Shown here: positions 12,801 to 25,183 of the stretch, piece by piece
Layout of the letters: each line of letters opens with the position of its first letter
How positions within the stretch are numbered: position 1 is the first letter of the stretch
Source of the DNA: Eutreptiella sp. 'Long Island Sound 2002'
Lineage: Eukaryota > Protista > Euglenida
Direction: 5' to 3'
Length of the DNA stretch: 64,000 bases
NCBI GenBank assembly: GCA_964036045.1
Contig: OZ038378.1
Coordinates: 9,176,001-9,240,000, forward strand
Program-made: the position numbers and the translations under genes
The notes under the pieces: generated by a model
Databases searched by the model: none
What the model saw: the letters and a program-made list of their open reading frames with translations, nothing else
What the model was told of the DNA's origin: nothing

Positions 12801-13122
12801 CGGACGGTTGGGGCCCAAAAGAGGGCGGAAATGCTACATCACCCCTGCATTCTCGGGGGTCCCCAACAAAGGGAACAAAATCGGAAGTCAAAACCTACGC
12901 CGGGGGTCACCATGATGCACCACGCAACAAAGCGTGGATTCAAAGATTGTCCCGGTTTCCTCAATAGCACCGGACGGTTGGGGCCCAAAAGAGGGCGGAA
13001 ATGCTACATCACCCCTGCATTCTCGGGGGTCCCCAACAAAGGGAACAAAATCGGAAGTCAAAACCTACGCCGGGGGTCACCATGATGCAGCACGCAACGA
13101 AGCGTGGATTCAAAGATTGTCC
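12791..13122. repeat. Tandem duplication with 170-bp period inside the transposon; each copy holds one GGCTACATCACCCC core
   Basis: 12791-12952 vs 12961-13122 differ at 2 positions by eye. Confidence 0.95.
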
Positions 13123-14089
13123 TAAGTGCGCCCCTTAGCGCACCCCCTAAAAGGTCACCGGTGGGGCACGGGTCCAAAAAGATGCCCGGCGCGCGCCCGG
13201 CGCGCGCCCGGCGCGCTAACGTTCCCCCAAAAGCCCCTAAAACTAGTCCAAACCACCAAAGAAAGGAAAACATATGCTGCTGCCGGCCTGGTTTCCTTGT
13301 GAGAGAATCATCTGCACCACCCTCGGTCCAACACACTGGACCACCACACCAAATTTAAAGGCTAATAGACTGCAATACACATCAAAAGCAATGAAGATCC
13401 TCCACTTGAACTGCCCATGTCCACAATCAGAGGTAGGGCACACCGTTGTCCTTCATTGCATTGTGAATGTACTGTCGTCAGGTGATTCCCCATCATCACA
13501 ATCATAACATCCAGATACAAAGGGTAGCATGCAGCGAACACAAGCAGAAATGGCCAAACACGGGTGAAAAGGGGTTGAAAAAGGTGAAAAGGGTGGAAAG
13601 CACGTTATGCCCCATTTCGGAAGAACCTCTAAATACCCGGTGTCAAACAACATATTCCACTGTGCCCATTTCCTCCATATCCCCATTTCAGAAGGACCTC
13701 TAAGATACTACCACAAAACATGGGTCTATGTTACAGCATAGGATGAAAAATGCATGCAACCATTTGACCCGCGGGTGGTCATGGGACAAGCAGGTCATTG
13801 CACCAGGGGGAGCTCGGTGCAAAGGGAAAAAATATGGCCTCTCACCATTAGACTGGCAGTCACCCAGTCAATCAATACCAAATGCGAGGGTCACAGACAT
13901 GCCAAGCGATGCTGTGGGGGTGACCACACCAGGTAGGTGCATATGCCTCTCCTGACAAGGACCCGTAGGTAAAGCTTGTGAGCGTGCTACTCCAACTGTA
14001 TGCCAGGGGTCTTGGATGGCGAGTATGGCTCTCCGCATTAGTGGCAGCCCGAACACTTGAGCCCCATAGGCAGGATCGAAACCCTTAGT

Positions 14090-14994
14090 GTTGCGAGCCC
14101 CAGGGGGATGGTTGATCAGTTGTGCTGTGTCTGCTAATAGCAGAACATCCCATACAGGCAAATGAGCAATGCCCATATGTACAACTCCACCACAAAGCAG
14201 ACAAGTTTTCTCTCATATCTACAATAAAAACTGTCCAAAGCAGGTTGCGGCCAGGGCTGTGGACAGTGGGCACAGAGTAAACAAATCGTGTGTAGGGATG
14301 CAGATCTGGCTGGCAGACTGTGTTCACTGGAGAAAGGTGTCCATGACACTCGCAGTGCCATTGTGTGCAAGCGGACCCAATAATTGCACGGACGTTTGTA
14401 AGGGACACTGTGCAAACACATCACGGCGCAGAGGGTCGCGCTGGAGGTGGCCCATTTGAAGGCTGCCTTGCGTGCATTGAATGTACTGTTTGATGTGTGC
14501 ACAGGTTGAGCTTGACTTTTGGTACCCAAACATGAAGGACAACCCTGAGGGGCTTAGACCCACAAACAAAGGGCAGCACTCTATGCACTGTGGTGGTCGC
14601 CACATTTTTGTATTTACATTTACGTCAGTACCTTTACGGTGCCGCTCAGAGGCTCCTCATCATGTTGCATTCTTGTGGAGGAGAACTTGACATGCCGCAA
14701 GTACTCCTCCCTGGTGTAGCTGCTGCATTTCCGACAAAACAGTTCAGGCTTTTTTGACAGGACGTGGGGTTGCCCATACATGGCGGCAGCAGTTTATGCA
14801 ACAGGGCAGCACTGGACGCGTTGTGCGCGCAGTGCACACACCGTGTGTGGGGTTAAAGCGTGGTAGACCCTGCGATGGGTGCCGTCACAATAAACCATGA
14901 ACAATGAATCCGGGAAATGCCCGCAAAATGTGCACATGCTGTCCCCAACCCCATAAAGATGGGGACAGGTAATGCAGGGTTTATCACCTGCCAA
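14090..14994 (-). pseudogene. Degenerate KDZ-class (Kyakuja/Dileera/Zisupton-like) transposase
   Basis: In order across frameshifts: CTFCGHFPDSLFMVYCDGT, CAH...MGH...RDVFAQ, AIIGSACTQW (IYDxAC-like), VFIVD...GHCS. Confidence 0.55.
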
Positions 14995-16362
14995 ACCGAA
15001 CTATGTTTGTTGTGTGTGTACTGGCGCATCCCATGTCAAGGGGCGCCGTCAGCAATGTACATGAGACGGGGGTCAGCAGGGGTTGACTCATGTTCATGTC
15101 TGCTGAGTGGAGTCTGAGTACCAGACCTGTCATTCCTACACAAGTCTGACATAACATGGCCACAAATAAATCAAAGTTGGTGCGTCCAGTGGTACATCAG
15201 GGCAAATATGTGGGATCCCACCGTGGGATGTGCCGTGGGGGATCCAGGCGGCCACCAAGCAATTTCAACAACAGAGCAGGACTGCATCAAGGCATTAGCG
15301 CTCTCAAAATGCAGCTGCTCAGTCCGGGGTCTATCATACAATGAAATCGCTTGAAGCAATATTCCTCAATGCCTGAAAGACATTTATTCGGGCATGTTAA
15401 TTGCATGCACATTTACTGTGCCTATCCTCATCAGACTCAGACAACCCGTCCCCCAAAGGTCCCCCCTCCGCGCTACTGTTTGCACCACTGGCTCTGTCCT
15501 CACTGTCATTACTATCACACTGTGATACCCAGTTGCATGCCTGGCTGCTTTTTTGGGATGGCCATCAAGGCTCCCCAGAGGTTTGTGCGCATGATTGTTT
15601 GCTCTTCATGTGCAGGCACTGCCCGCTCTTCATTGTGTGAATCCCTCCGCCCAAACGGCACCCCAAGCCCGCATGCGCCACTCCTTCCGTCTCAGTCTAA
15701 AATCCATCGAAAAAGACAATGTGCCATTCCAAATTGAGCTTTTTGTGGATGATGCTGCACACGTCTTGCACCATATGTACCCACTTGTGCGCCTTGTGTG
15801 TCGCAGGGCAGAAACCACCCCCCAGGGGTCCACAGAATGTTTTGGGCTGTGCAGAGCGAACACACAAATCGCAAGCTGCACCCTCACCAACAGCAGGGTA
15901 CTTCCTCTGCAGAAAAAAACTTGCAGAAGACAAATCACCCCACGGGACCACAGAGCCACCTTTCTGTGGGCAGTACGAACATTTCATGGTGTCAATCTGA
16001 AAGGGGACTACAAAAAAGCATGAATTCACCATTTTAATCCTCGTTAATTCACCTGCCCCAGAGTCCAAGCATATCGGCAAACCCAGCAAAAAACGCCCGC
16101 CGATACAGAGGGTGCGCCATGCCCATCCTCAACTTCTGGGCCCCGAGTCAGGAACCAGGTGTGTCCTGTGTCAGACTCAGCAGCACCCAGCTTCTTCTGA
16201 TTGCGCCTGTCGTGGCAGACACCAGTGGCAAATCCTGGGAGAGGATTGTGCAGATTTGTGCCCAATTGGTTGTGAATGGAGTGTGGGACAGATCAATGCA
16301 GAAGAGACTGTTACAATGCAGTGCTCTTTGCGGGCCAAAGGCGCCATAGATCATGGCTGGCA

Positions 16363-17604
16363 TCAATTGTGTTGCGAAAAAAAAGGGTGCATAGTTTCGA
16401 GAGGGATCTTGAGTGACTCTCGGCGTGATACCTTCGAGTTTTTCCGGGAGCTGCTGTTGCTGCGGATGTGATGGTTTTTATCCATCAGCCACTGGTTTTT
16501 ATACACCAACACATGGCAGTTGGCCTGATAGATTAGGAAGGACTCCACAGTGCCCAGCTCTGTGTCCCCTTCCGTCGTTCCAATGATGAGGATGTCCACG
16601 TTCAGTTCGTCTGCCAGCGCACACAAGTTTTGGCCCATATTGAACTGCTCCTTCATACTGGCCACCACCGCGTCTTCTACAACACACGTGGGACCCTCAA
16701 CAGACTCTGCTGCCTGCCTCACCAACGACACAATCTTTTGGCCACCAGGCACCACGACTACGGGCACCAGAGTCATGGTGTTCGGTGCAAGCCGCATCGC
16801 ATATCGCAGAGCAGAGAGCGACACGATGCTGCCATCGATAGCCACCATCATCCGTGCCCTGGGGCAGTATGGGGAGCCGAAGCTGCGCACCACCAGGACT
16901 GGGAAAGAGCTCTGGTGCACCACAATGTCGCATGTGTGGCCGCAGAAGATGCCTGTGTGCTTGGTCCCGACTACAATGAGATCCGGGCTCTGGGCCTCCG
17001 CTTCCTTCACGACCAGCGGGCCCACATCGTCGCAGGCGGCAATCTCCCGAACGCTGACCTCGACGCTGGTGATCATGTTGTACTTCAGCGCCAGCGACTC
17101 TAATTTGTTTCTGGTCTCCATTTTGATTTCCGTAGCTTGTCCAGAATTTTCGGTGCAACGAAGGGCTGCGACGGTGCGCGACTCATCTTTCGCGAGAAAC
17201 GGTAGGAGGGTCTCGAAGGACCGGTTGGCAATTGCAGACGCATTGTTTGACACGAGGAGATGTCTTATGGCCTTGTTCAGATCCGGGGACTCCACTTGTG
17301 CAAGGGTCTCTTCATCGGGACGCTTGATGCGCTGCTCGCCGCGTGAGAACGCCATGCGGACGTGCCGTCGTGAACTTTCCTTCCGCCTTAGGCCAAGAGC
17401 CGTGATGCCTGCTGTCAGGCCAATGTCAAGACTAGTGGGACTAGGCATCGACAGGTGGTGAGAAATTTTGCAGAACGAATCGTTGTCGGAACATCCAGGG
17501 CTCGAACTGGAATCCCCCACGATTGCTTGACTGTTGCCTTCGTCAGCGCTTTCCTCATCAACATTGTCAACCAAACTTCGTTTTCCATTTGGGTCACCTT
17601 CCAT
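16363..17604 (-). CDS. Universal stress protein family, two tandem USP domains after an acidic/Ser-rich leader (413 aa from the first ATG; may be a terminal exon starting at 17630)
   Basis: Uninterrupted ORF; DLIVVGT...VVHQSSFPVLVVR, MVAIDGSIVSLSALRYA, DILIIGT...LGTVESFLIYQANCHVLVYK. The ORF track start at 17667 is TTG; the first ATG is at 17604. Confidence 0.9.
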   Translation of the reverse strand: MEGDPNGKRSLVDNVDEESADEGNSQAIVGDSSSSPGCSDNDSFCKISHHLSMPSPTSLDIGLTAGITALGLRRKESSRRHVRMAFSRGEQRIKRPDEETLAQVESPDLNKAIRHLLVSNNASAIANRSFETLLPFLAKDESRTVAALRCTENSGQATEIKMETRNKLESLALKYNMITSVEVSVREIAACDDVGPLVVKEAEAQSPDLIVVGTKHTGIFCGHTCDIVVHQSSFPVLVVRSFGSPYCPRARMMVAIDGSIVSLSALRYAMRLAPNTMTLVPVVVVPGGQKIVSLVRQAAESVEGPTCVVEDAVVASMKEQFNMGQNLCALADELNVDILIIGTTEGDTELGTVESFLIYQANCHVLVYKNQWLMDKNHHIRSNSSSRKNSKVSRRESLKIPLETMHPFFSQHN

Positions 17605-19689
17605 ATCTTTTAGCTCCGGTGGTTTGTCAACTTTTGATTCGAAAGGAGAATAAAGGCAGCCACCCAAGAAGCCAGAACAATGACGCTATTTGCTGAACGA
17701 TTAAAATGACGTGGCACAAAAGAATAGAGAGATCGTTGTGAGACAGGCTGTAACCATGCAGGATTTCGTGTGTGGAGGATGATTCAGGTAGATTGGGCCA
17801 GCATTCGCATTCCAACACCGCTGCATCATTTTTTTCACGCAAAAATGAACCCTTCTACTTGGACTCAGTACATTGGGAGCACCTGATAGTGCCATGTGAC
17901 ACCACGGCCTTCATGCTAGGCAAATACGGTTGAGTCTCTTTCCGTTGGGTTTGAAGCTTGTCTGGTGTGTGGTGACACTGCCCTTGTGGGCCTTTGCATT
18001 ACTAAACTCAGATACCACAACTTGGGTTAATTGAGGCATCCACATCCCATGCAGGCCCAGCACACACCCTGCAGGTACTGCAGTTGTACCATGCACCTTT
18101 TGAGATGATTGTTGCAGAAACAGTGCCCCAAATTGGATGGTCCCTGTGGGCACGGAACTTGTCCCCCACATCTTCCAAATTATTCGGTCCACAACATATG
18201 CGCTAAGTCATGTCCACTTCACATGATCTGTGGGCCGGTGTGGTTGGGAGGAAATTATGTGCGGTAAGTGTGATGTGCCTTGCTCCAGGACATGGAGTCT
18301 AGCTGTGGATTGGTGATGCGAGTTCCAGGTTTTCTTTACCGCTGTTGTCTATGCAGATCACCTATGGCTTATTTGAGTGGTTTGAGACCTTCCAAAGACT
18401 GCCTCTCATGTATTCGTTCCCTCTTTTGTGTCTGCTTCCCTTATCCTGATTTTCACCACTCATGTTGGAGTATGGACAGTTGCTGCAACTATAGCCACAG
18501 ATTTCGTGCAGGTGTTGCCCGTCTGAACCAAACGCCTGTGGAGACTGGTAACATTAGGTCAGCCACCATATTGGTGCAGGTTTGGTCTGCCACAAGTACA
18601 GTGTACCCCATCAACTCATTAGCAAAACAGTCCAACTATCCTGCTTCACATACTCTCCTTACCTCAGCACAAAAAAGCAGCATTCAGCTCCCCAGCGTTA
18701 CATAGGTGCACCTTCCTGATACACATAAGCGCACAACGACAACAACCTGCACTCACAACATACCTGATCCCATTTCTACCTCTCCTACCTCTTCACACAA
18801 AAGCCACCCTCAGGCTGCACTTGCCTCCTTTATACATCCCCAGCAAATTACTCACTTGAGCATCACTGCGAGGTCGAACAGAATTTCAGCTCATCTCACG
18901 GCACACCGCAATATGTTGTCACTTGCCTCCTATGTTATAGGTTTATAGGTAAACTCAATCACTCTTGACATACCTCACTCTTCTTACCGTCCTATACTAC
19001 ATGTGGACTTTGCCCAAATGGGGAGCCGAGCCGACACAGAAAGAAAAAAAGCTTTTACAATGCTGGTCCTCATTTTTCATAGAAATGAATTGATTGTTTA
19101 ATACCACAAAACATTGTAAAACCTGCATTTTCAGACATTTTATTTCATACCCCATCTCCGGTGCATGCGACAACCCTCAAAGAGCAAAAGCCACACCGGG
19201 AATTTCTCCTTTTCCTTCCTTCAGCCATTCACAACCAACACCAAATAAATCAGGAGAACAAATATTTAATTCATATTCTGTACACTCTGGGCAGCATTGT
19301 AGCCCCAAGATACCTTCAAAAAGCAACCAATTCAGGTTGTTTGGTTGTTAAATATGTCTACAAATGCTACATAAAAACCGAAGATGTTCCGTTTACCCAA
19401 TGTGCCCCTTCCCAAAGTAACTCTCCTTGAAAGCCTCAACCAGCGAGCATCACACCATCAACTACCGCCCCCCAGGGACATTGACAGTGCACCACTTTAC
19501 AACATGACTTACCGTCCTTGCCGCAGCCCAAAAATTTGACCACTACATAATTGGAGATGATGACGCATGGTTGTTTAGCGTATTTGTGGGGCAGGACTTT
19601 TCGGTGGAAGTGAAAGTAAAACAATTTTTGTGGGTGGCATAAATGGGCACTGTTTTCAGATGTGACCTTTTGGAAAAATGTTGGTGTAC

Positions 19690-20200
19690 TCTTGAAACCA
19701 ATCGGGGAGGCGGTGGAGGGCCTTCCATAGCATTATTGCTTGGGAACTGAGGCTTGTTGCGGTGGCTTTGTGGAGTGGTTATCGTGCTATGCGGAGTAGA
19801 TGTTTGTCCACGGTGGCGTCCACGACGAACCAAATCCTGATGGCATGGGGGAGGTCGGCGGGTAGTGTGGTCGCAAGCCTGGTGATGGCGTCTGCCGTTG
19901 CTCCTAGTTCCCCATGGGAGGAGGCCCCGTAGGTGGTGTGGCCCGTATAGTGGTTCATGTGGTATTGCCCGGTGGTGTAGGTCAGCTGTAGTGTGGCACC
20001 TTCTGTGATGGGGGTGAGGGCGGATTCGCTTGAGGCGTCCATAAAGAAGATGAGGTCCGCTAGTGATGGCTGTGGGAGGCGGCATGGGTTCATGGGCACG
20101 TAGACGTACAAGGCGAGGCCCCCCAACATTGCAAAAACTCCTTCTGGGGACCATGAATGCTTGCAACAACATACCCCTTGCTGCGTTGGGATGTTCCAAA
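19690..20200 (-). pseudogene. RNase H domain of a second retroelement family (probably LINE)
   Basis: LIFFMDAS (D), GASSHGELGA (E), IWFVVDATVD (D); continues past a stop as PLHKATATSLSSQAIMLWKAL. Confidence 0.75.
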
Positions 20201-23200
20201 AGAAACATTTTTGCATGTCATGCCGCGCGTGTGTGTCGCCGAAATCAGTCCAGACAGTTGGCCAGCCAAGGTCCATTTTGGCACCATTTGGGTATATCGT
20301 GGGGGACAACCCAGCTTGACCCGTCATTTCAAAACTTCTTTTCCTCCCGTTTTTAGGCGGGCCAAATGCACCCAAATTTGTTCCTACGGAAACGGAAAAG
20401 GGCACGGCAGTGCCCAGCAAGAAGGACCACGGAGCGGGTGTGGGTGGCAAGCAGAGGGGGGGGGGGTTTACGGTAGGGAGGGAAATGGCAGCAGGAAAGA
20501 GGAAGGGGCAGGGTGCACCCAGGAGGAAGGGCAGAAAAGGACGGCGGAAACTGGGGCTGATGGAAAGGGTACAGAATATGAAGGTGTATTCAACTTGGCT
20601 ACAATGGCTTATGGCTGTGCTTGGGCCCCCCAAAAAATGCAGTTGCACGGGAAGCTTGAGGTTGGGCTAACATAAGAGGCAGCAGTATGAGGATTTTGTA
20701 TCACCACGAGACCCAGACCACACACACGAACACCACTGAATGCAGATGAATTGAATGACACGAGCAACAACTGCAAGAGAAGAGCTGAATACCATTTGTA
20801 CATGGTGAATGGACAGATCACACGTTATGTTACGCCATGCATTCTGGGAACATGCAGTATTGGTGGGGTTGCAAGGGTTGCGAATTAAAGGTGGGTCATG
20901 AGATGGGGACAAAGATGGCTGTGCGAGAAAGAACACCAGTAAATAAGCAGTTAAAAGAGTATGTGACCTTGCCACTGGCTTTCTGCAGCACAGCTGCTGG
21001 GCCTCCTCAGCGGTACTGCAGGTGTAGCATGCAGGCAGTCTTCTTTCCACGGGGCTTCTTTTGGGCAGTCCTGTGGGTCACCCCTCACCATCGACCCACC
21101 AGAGCGCACCAGGGCAGGCGTACGGGGTTGTGTGTGCCACTTGTTGGGATGCCAGATAATTGCTTTCAAAGTGTTTAGCAAATGCACTAGATGCAGCTGG
21201 AATGCATGATGGCCAGCGCCAATCTCATTGTTGGTCAGAACTGCCTCGAAATCAAGGATATGCAACAAGCAAATGGTGCAGACGTCAGATGTTTGGGTGC
21301 TGGGCAGGGAATACTTGATGGGCAGGCAAAAGGGTTAACGAATGTTGCTACAATGATTGCTGTTGGATGGAGAGGCGGTTTTTTTTTGGCGGGGTCAAAA
21401 TCTGGCGGTTACAAAACAGTATGGGCAATGGGGGGAGGCTGTAGTGGTTGGGGCAAAACAAAATGGGGAGGCGTAACACTCACTGCAAATGGTGCCAGGT
21501 CATGACAGGGTTCAACACCCCATCCCATATTGCAAGAAAAATGCACCGTTCCGGCAGAATGTTCCAGCGACCGAAAAAGCACCCTTTTTTATCAAATTAG
21601 CCCCCATGCAAGGTGCAGATGGGGGGGGGGGGGAGGGCTGGTTCTTGTTGTCAAAGTCAACACCCAATTGGCCGGAAATAATTTTTTAGAGAAAAATTCA
21701 GGCCACATGCCACCCTCCACCCTACTATGTCGCAAATGGCAATAAGTCTAGGCAGGGTCCATGACCTTGTCTCGTTGCAGCAGCAAGCATCAAGCAGCGT
21801 GCAGGGCCATATGCAATTGCACATACGCTTGCGCACAGTGACATACAAAGGCTTGCACAGACACTACCTGCAGTCTTGTGCACATCTTTCACACCGTGCA
21901 ACCTCACAGAAATCTTGCATGCACTCTAGAACCCACTTTCACACAGACATTTGAACAAACCATGGCACTGTGTGTTTGCACGTTATGATGTGTTTGCAGA
22001 CGTTGGGCAGGAGACGCCAACGATTTTTATGTGCCATCAAAATCTTGAGCTAGGGGTCATGTGGTCATGTGCAGCTGCATCAATCATAATCATCATCAGA
22101 GTATGAAGGATCCCTGCCCGTACTGCTTTGGGCTGAATCTGAGTGTGGGTGACGAGGACCGTCTTGTGCCAAGCCTGAACGTGCCTTGCCACTGCTGCTT
22201 TGGCTTGAATCTGACCGAGCCCTGCTGCAGCTCCTTCGTGCAGAGTCTGAACGTGCCCTGCTTGGGGAAGACCGGGCGGACTGATTGCGCTCTCGCAGCT
22301 GCTGCCGAAGCTGCTCTATCTCCTTCATATTGTCAGCAATCTGAATAGAAATGGTGGGTCCAACGCACCCTGTGGACCTTTGGGTTACGTATGGGGACTG
22401 GCCACTGATCGATTCCCATGTTTAATGTGTCTCGTATCACACACGGTTCCTTTTCGTTGTGAGACTTTCGCAACCCCCCCCCCCCCCCCCCGTATGGAGG
22501 CGTGGTGTGTGCTGGTCACAGGGTACAACCACACATCAGCACAACAAAATCCTCGCCAGTGGTACCATAGGCGCCTTTCGGCTCTGCAGTGACAATCGGC
22601 AGTTTCCAACCTGCAGAGAACACACAGTGTCATCGTGACACCGTGTATCTTCCGTATATCGCTGCAGGTACTGTGACGAAGAACCTCAACCCCTCAACAG
22701 ATGCAGCAGTATTGTCTCAGCCGCCAAGCAAACATTGAATCAATTCCAAACACGTGGCATGCAGACATATGCAACGGTTGACCCCCTAACCGCCCATCAT
22801 CTGCTCTTACTCTGCAGGGTTTGTAATACTGGAAATTCGTGACACCAATCTGCACAGTGCACAGAGCACGGGCCGTCATGAGGTGCATGCCATGAAGCAT
22901 AGCTTCCATTCCACCACACAGCTTGTCGGTTCAACCAACTGGCCAACACGTCAACCACATATGCTGGTGGCGCTGGCAAATGGCATATGATAAGCACAGT
23001 CCAGTCAACGGTAGCTGTAACACACCAAAGAGTGCTCGCACAACATTTCCGGACGGCTGTTTTCATCGCACGGAGCGCATTGGCTGGGGCATGATCACAC
23101 AAAAGTGCAACTTGCATCCGGGCTGCTGCACTGAGCAACCCCCCCCCCCCATTGAGCAACCCCCCCCCCCCCCCCCCCAATCGGGGGAAATTTTCGAACA

Positions 23201-25049
23201 AATCAGGGCAACAAATCGGGGACCACTCTCAGCAGATTTTCAGCACGATTGTTGACAACACAGCTTCCCACTGACCTGGATCTCGGTCCCAGTCCCCAAA
23301 CACACCTTTCTTTTGATTGTTGCACAATTAGAGTCACATGGAAACCCACATGCCCTCATTTTCAAAAAAACAAAAATTGTTCAACCTCCGGTTTGTACAT
23401 GGTCCTTGATCAGTGCCAGGGAACGAAGTTAAGTGACCTTGTGGTCAGGGCACAGGTTTTGGATGCATTGATGCCTGTGAAGAATTATCGCTGTTCTTTA
23501 TTGTGTTCGAGACTGCAACCCACTTGCCCCTGCTGTACTGGGGCATCAAAGTGGCTTCATAGCCAGTGATATATTGGGGGTCCCTGAAGCATGATGGACT
23601 ACAATGGCTGCATACCCTCTGCCCAACCTGTGAAACCAATGGCTGACCGAGGTCCAAGGTGCTTTATTTTTTGCACCGCGTGCACACCGTGTCTAGTACT
23701 GATGGCAGTGAATGCTGCTATTACGGGCCCATACCCCGGAATCGCGTGCTTGCGGGTCGTGCAACAGCATGGCCTTGCCCAGGCACGGCATCCCCATCTG
23801 ATGGTCGTTTTCCCTGACTTTGGCCGTGCTCACTGTGGGTCGGTTGAAAGACGTGTCAATCCTGTTGGCATCGAATGAAAACCAGGCTGACAAAGCAGGA
23901 GGGAGGGCTAGAGGCTGCCAAACGCTTCTTTTCGCACTGTATCATGGTTTGCCAGTCTCACCATATGATTTATCCGACCAGTCGATGCGGGTCCACAGGA
24001 TTCCCAGACGCCAAAAGCTACATCAGCACATTCGAAAGCTCGGGAATCATGAGCAGGGGCTTGATTACAGGGCAGTGCCAGGGTGATGGCAGGGGCTGTG
24101 CACCGCCCACGGGGGATTATGGCAGAACGAGCCAAAAGCACCCCCCCCCCCCACGAATCGGGAGCCTATTTCCCCGATTTGCCCCAATTTTGTGCCCCGA
24201 TTTGTTGGATTTTTGGCCCTGTTAATAATTGACAGTACTTAGTGTCGACGTGTCTTATTTCTTGTGTGGACAGGCTGCGTTTACCTCCATGGCCTGTCAT
24301 GTTTGTGGTTGCAAGCGCTCCTCCTTGCAGGCAGTGACAGATCTTGTACCTTCTGTTTGAGCCCTGCCAACAGATGCCGAATTGTGTTCACTCTGTATAC
24401 GTTACTGTCAACCCTGTCCGTTTTTTGCTGCCAAAGCTGCTGCTACAACTCTGACGAACACCAGCACGGTGACGTCTGTCACCAGTTCTGCTAATTCCAC
24501 CACCACTGCTACAAGTTCCTGCACTGTATCAGCTTCTGCCACCAGTGCACCTGCTACGACCAGTGCAATTGCAACAACCACTGCAACTGCTACGACTAGT
24601 GTCAACAATGATGTCAACAACCGTATTCCTGAACGGGCAAAGTCATTCCGCAGTTGCTGTGTGTTGTGTGCATTGCTGTGTATATTGCTGTGTGCATTGC
24701 TGTGTGTATTCATCTTGTTTGTTGTTGTAGCAGGCTTTGTTTGTGCAGGAAAACAACTTTTTCAGCAGGGTAACAACTTTAAGGCAGGTGATGAAACTGC
24801 ACCCAGGGGGATTCGACCCCGCATACACCCTCTTCCGGGCTCACAAACATGTCTTCTTGCATGCAGTGACGCTGTGTACCACCACCACCAGCAGACATGT
24901 CAGGCAGCATACCTTTGCTCCCTCCATACCCCTGCTACCTCCCACCAGGCCTTCCGGCTCCGCAGAAGTGGAGCCCCGGTGGTAGCACTCACCCCCCATC
25001 CTTTGTACTAGCACCGCCACATCTAAGCACAGCAATCCACATAAACGAC

Positions 25050-25183
25050 CTGCTGCCGTTGCCTCTGCAGCTCTTCTTCACGGGCCATGACCTCAGCCTC
25101 CAACAAGGGCAGCCGTAGGGCCTGTGGTTCGAGCCGGAAGATGATCATTTCACGATCCAAAATGCGTTGCTTGTCTTGGCAGG
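25050..25183 (-). CDS. Exon of large host gene (CQDKQRILDREMIIFRLEPQALRLPLLEAEVMAREEELQRQRQQ)
   Basis: ctgtag acceptor, GTCGTT donor, 134 bp, phase 1 to 0, matching the phase-1 end of exon 26561-26694. Confidence 0.7.

Larger units (their letters stand above)
11866..13228 (-). mobile_element. PIF/Harbinger-ISL2EU-like DNA transposon, internally deleted, 1363 bp, TSD AAA
   Basis: TIRs GGGGGAATGTTTGC / GGGGGAACGTTAGC (reverse complement); AAA at 11863-11865 and 13229-13231; contains a DDE transposase remnant. Confidence 0.85.

Noticed and set aside
13440-13720. Further Harbinger fragment (YLRGP; tgaaaagggtgaaa like 42170)
   Set aside because: Similarity too short and no TIR.
16550-17461. 303-aa plus-strand ORF
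   Set aside because: Antisense shadow of the USP ORF.
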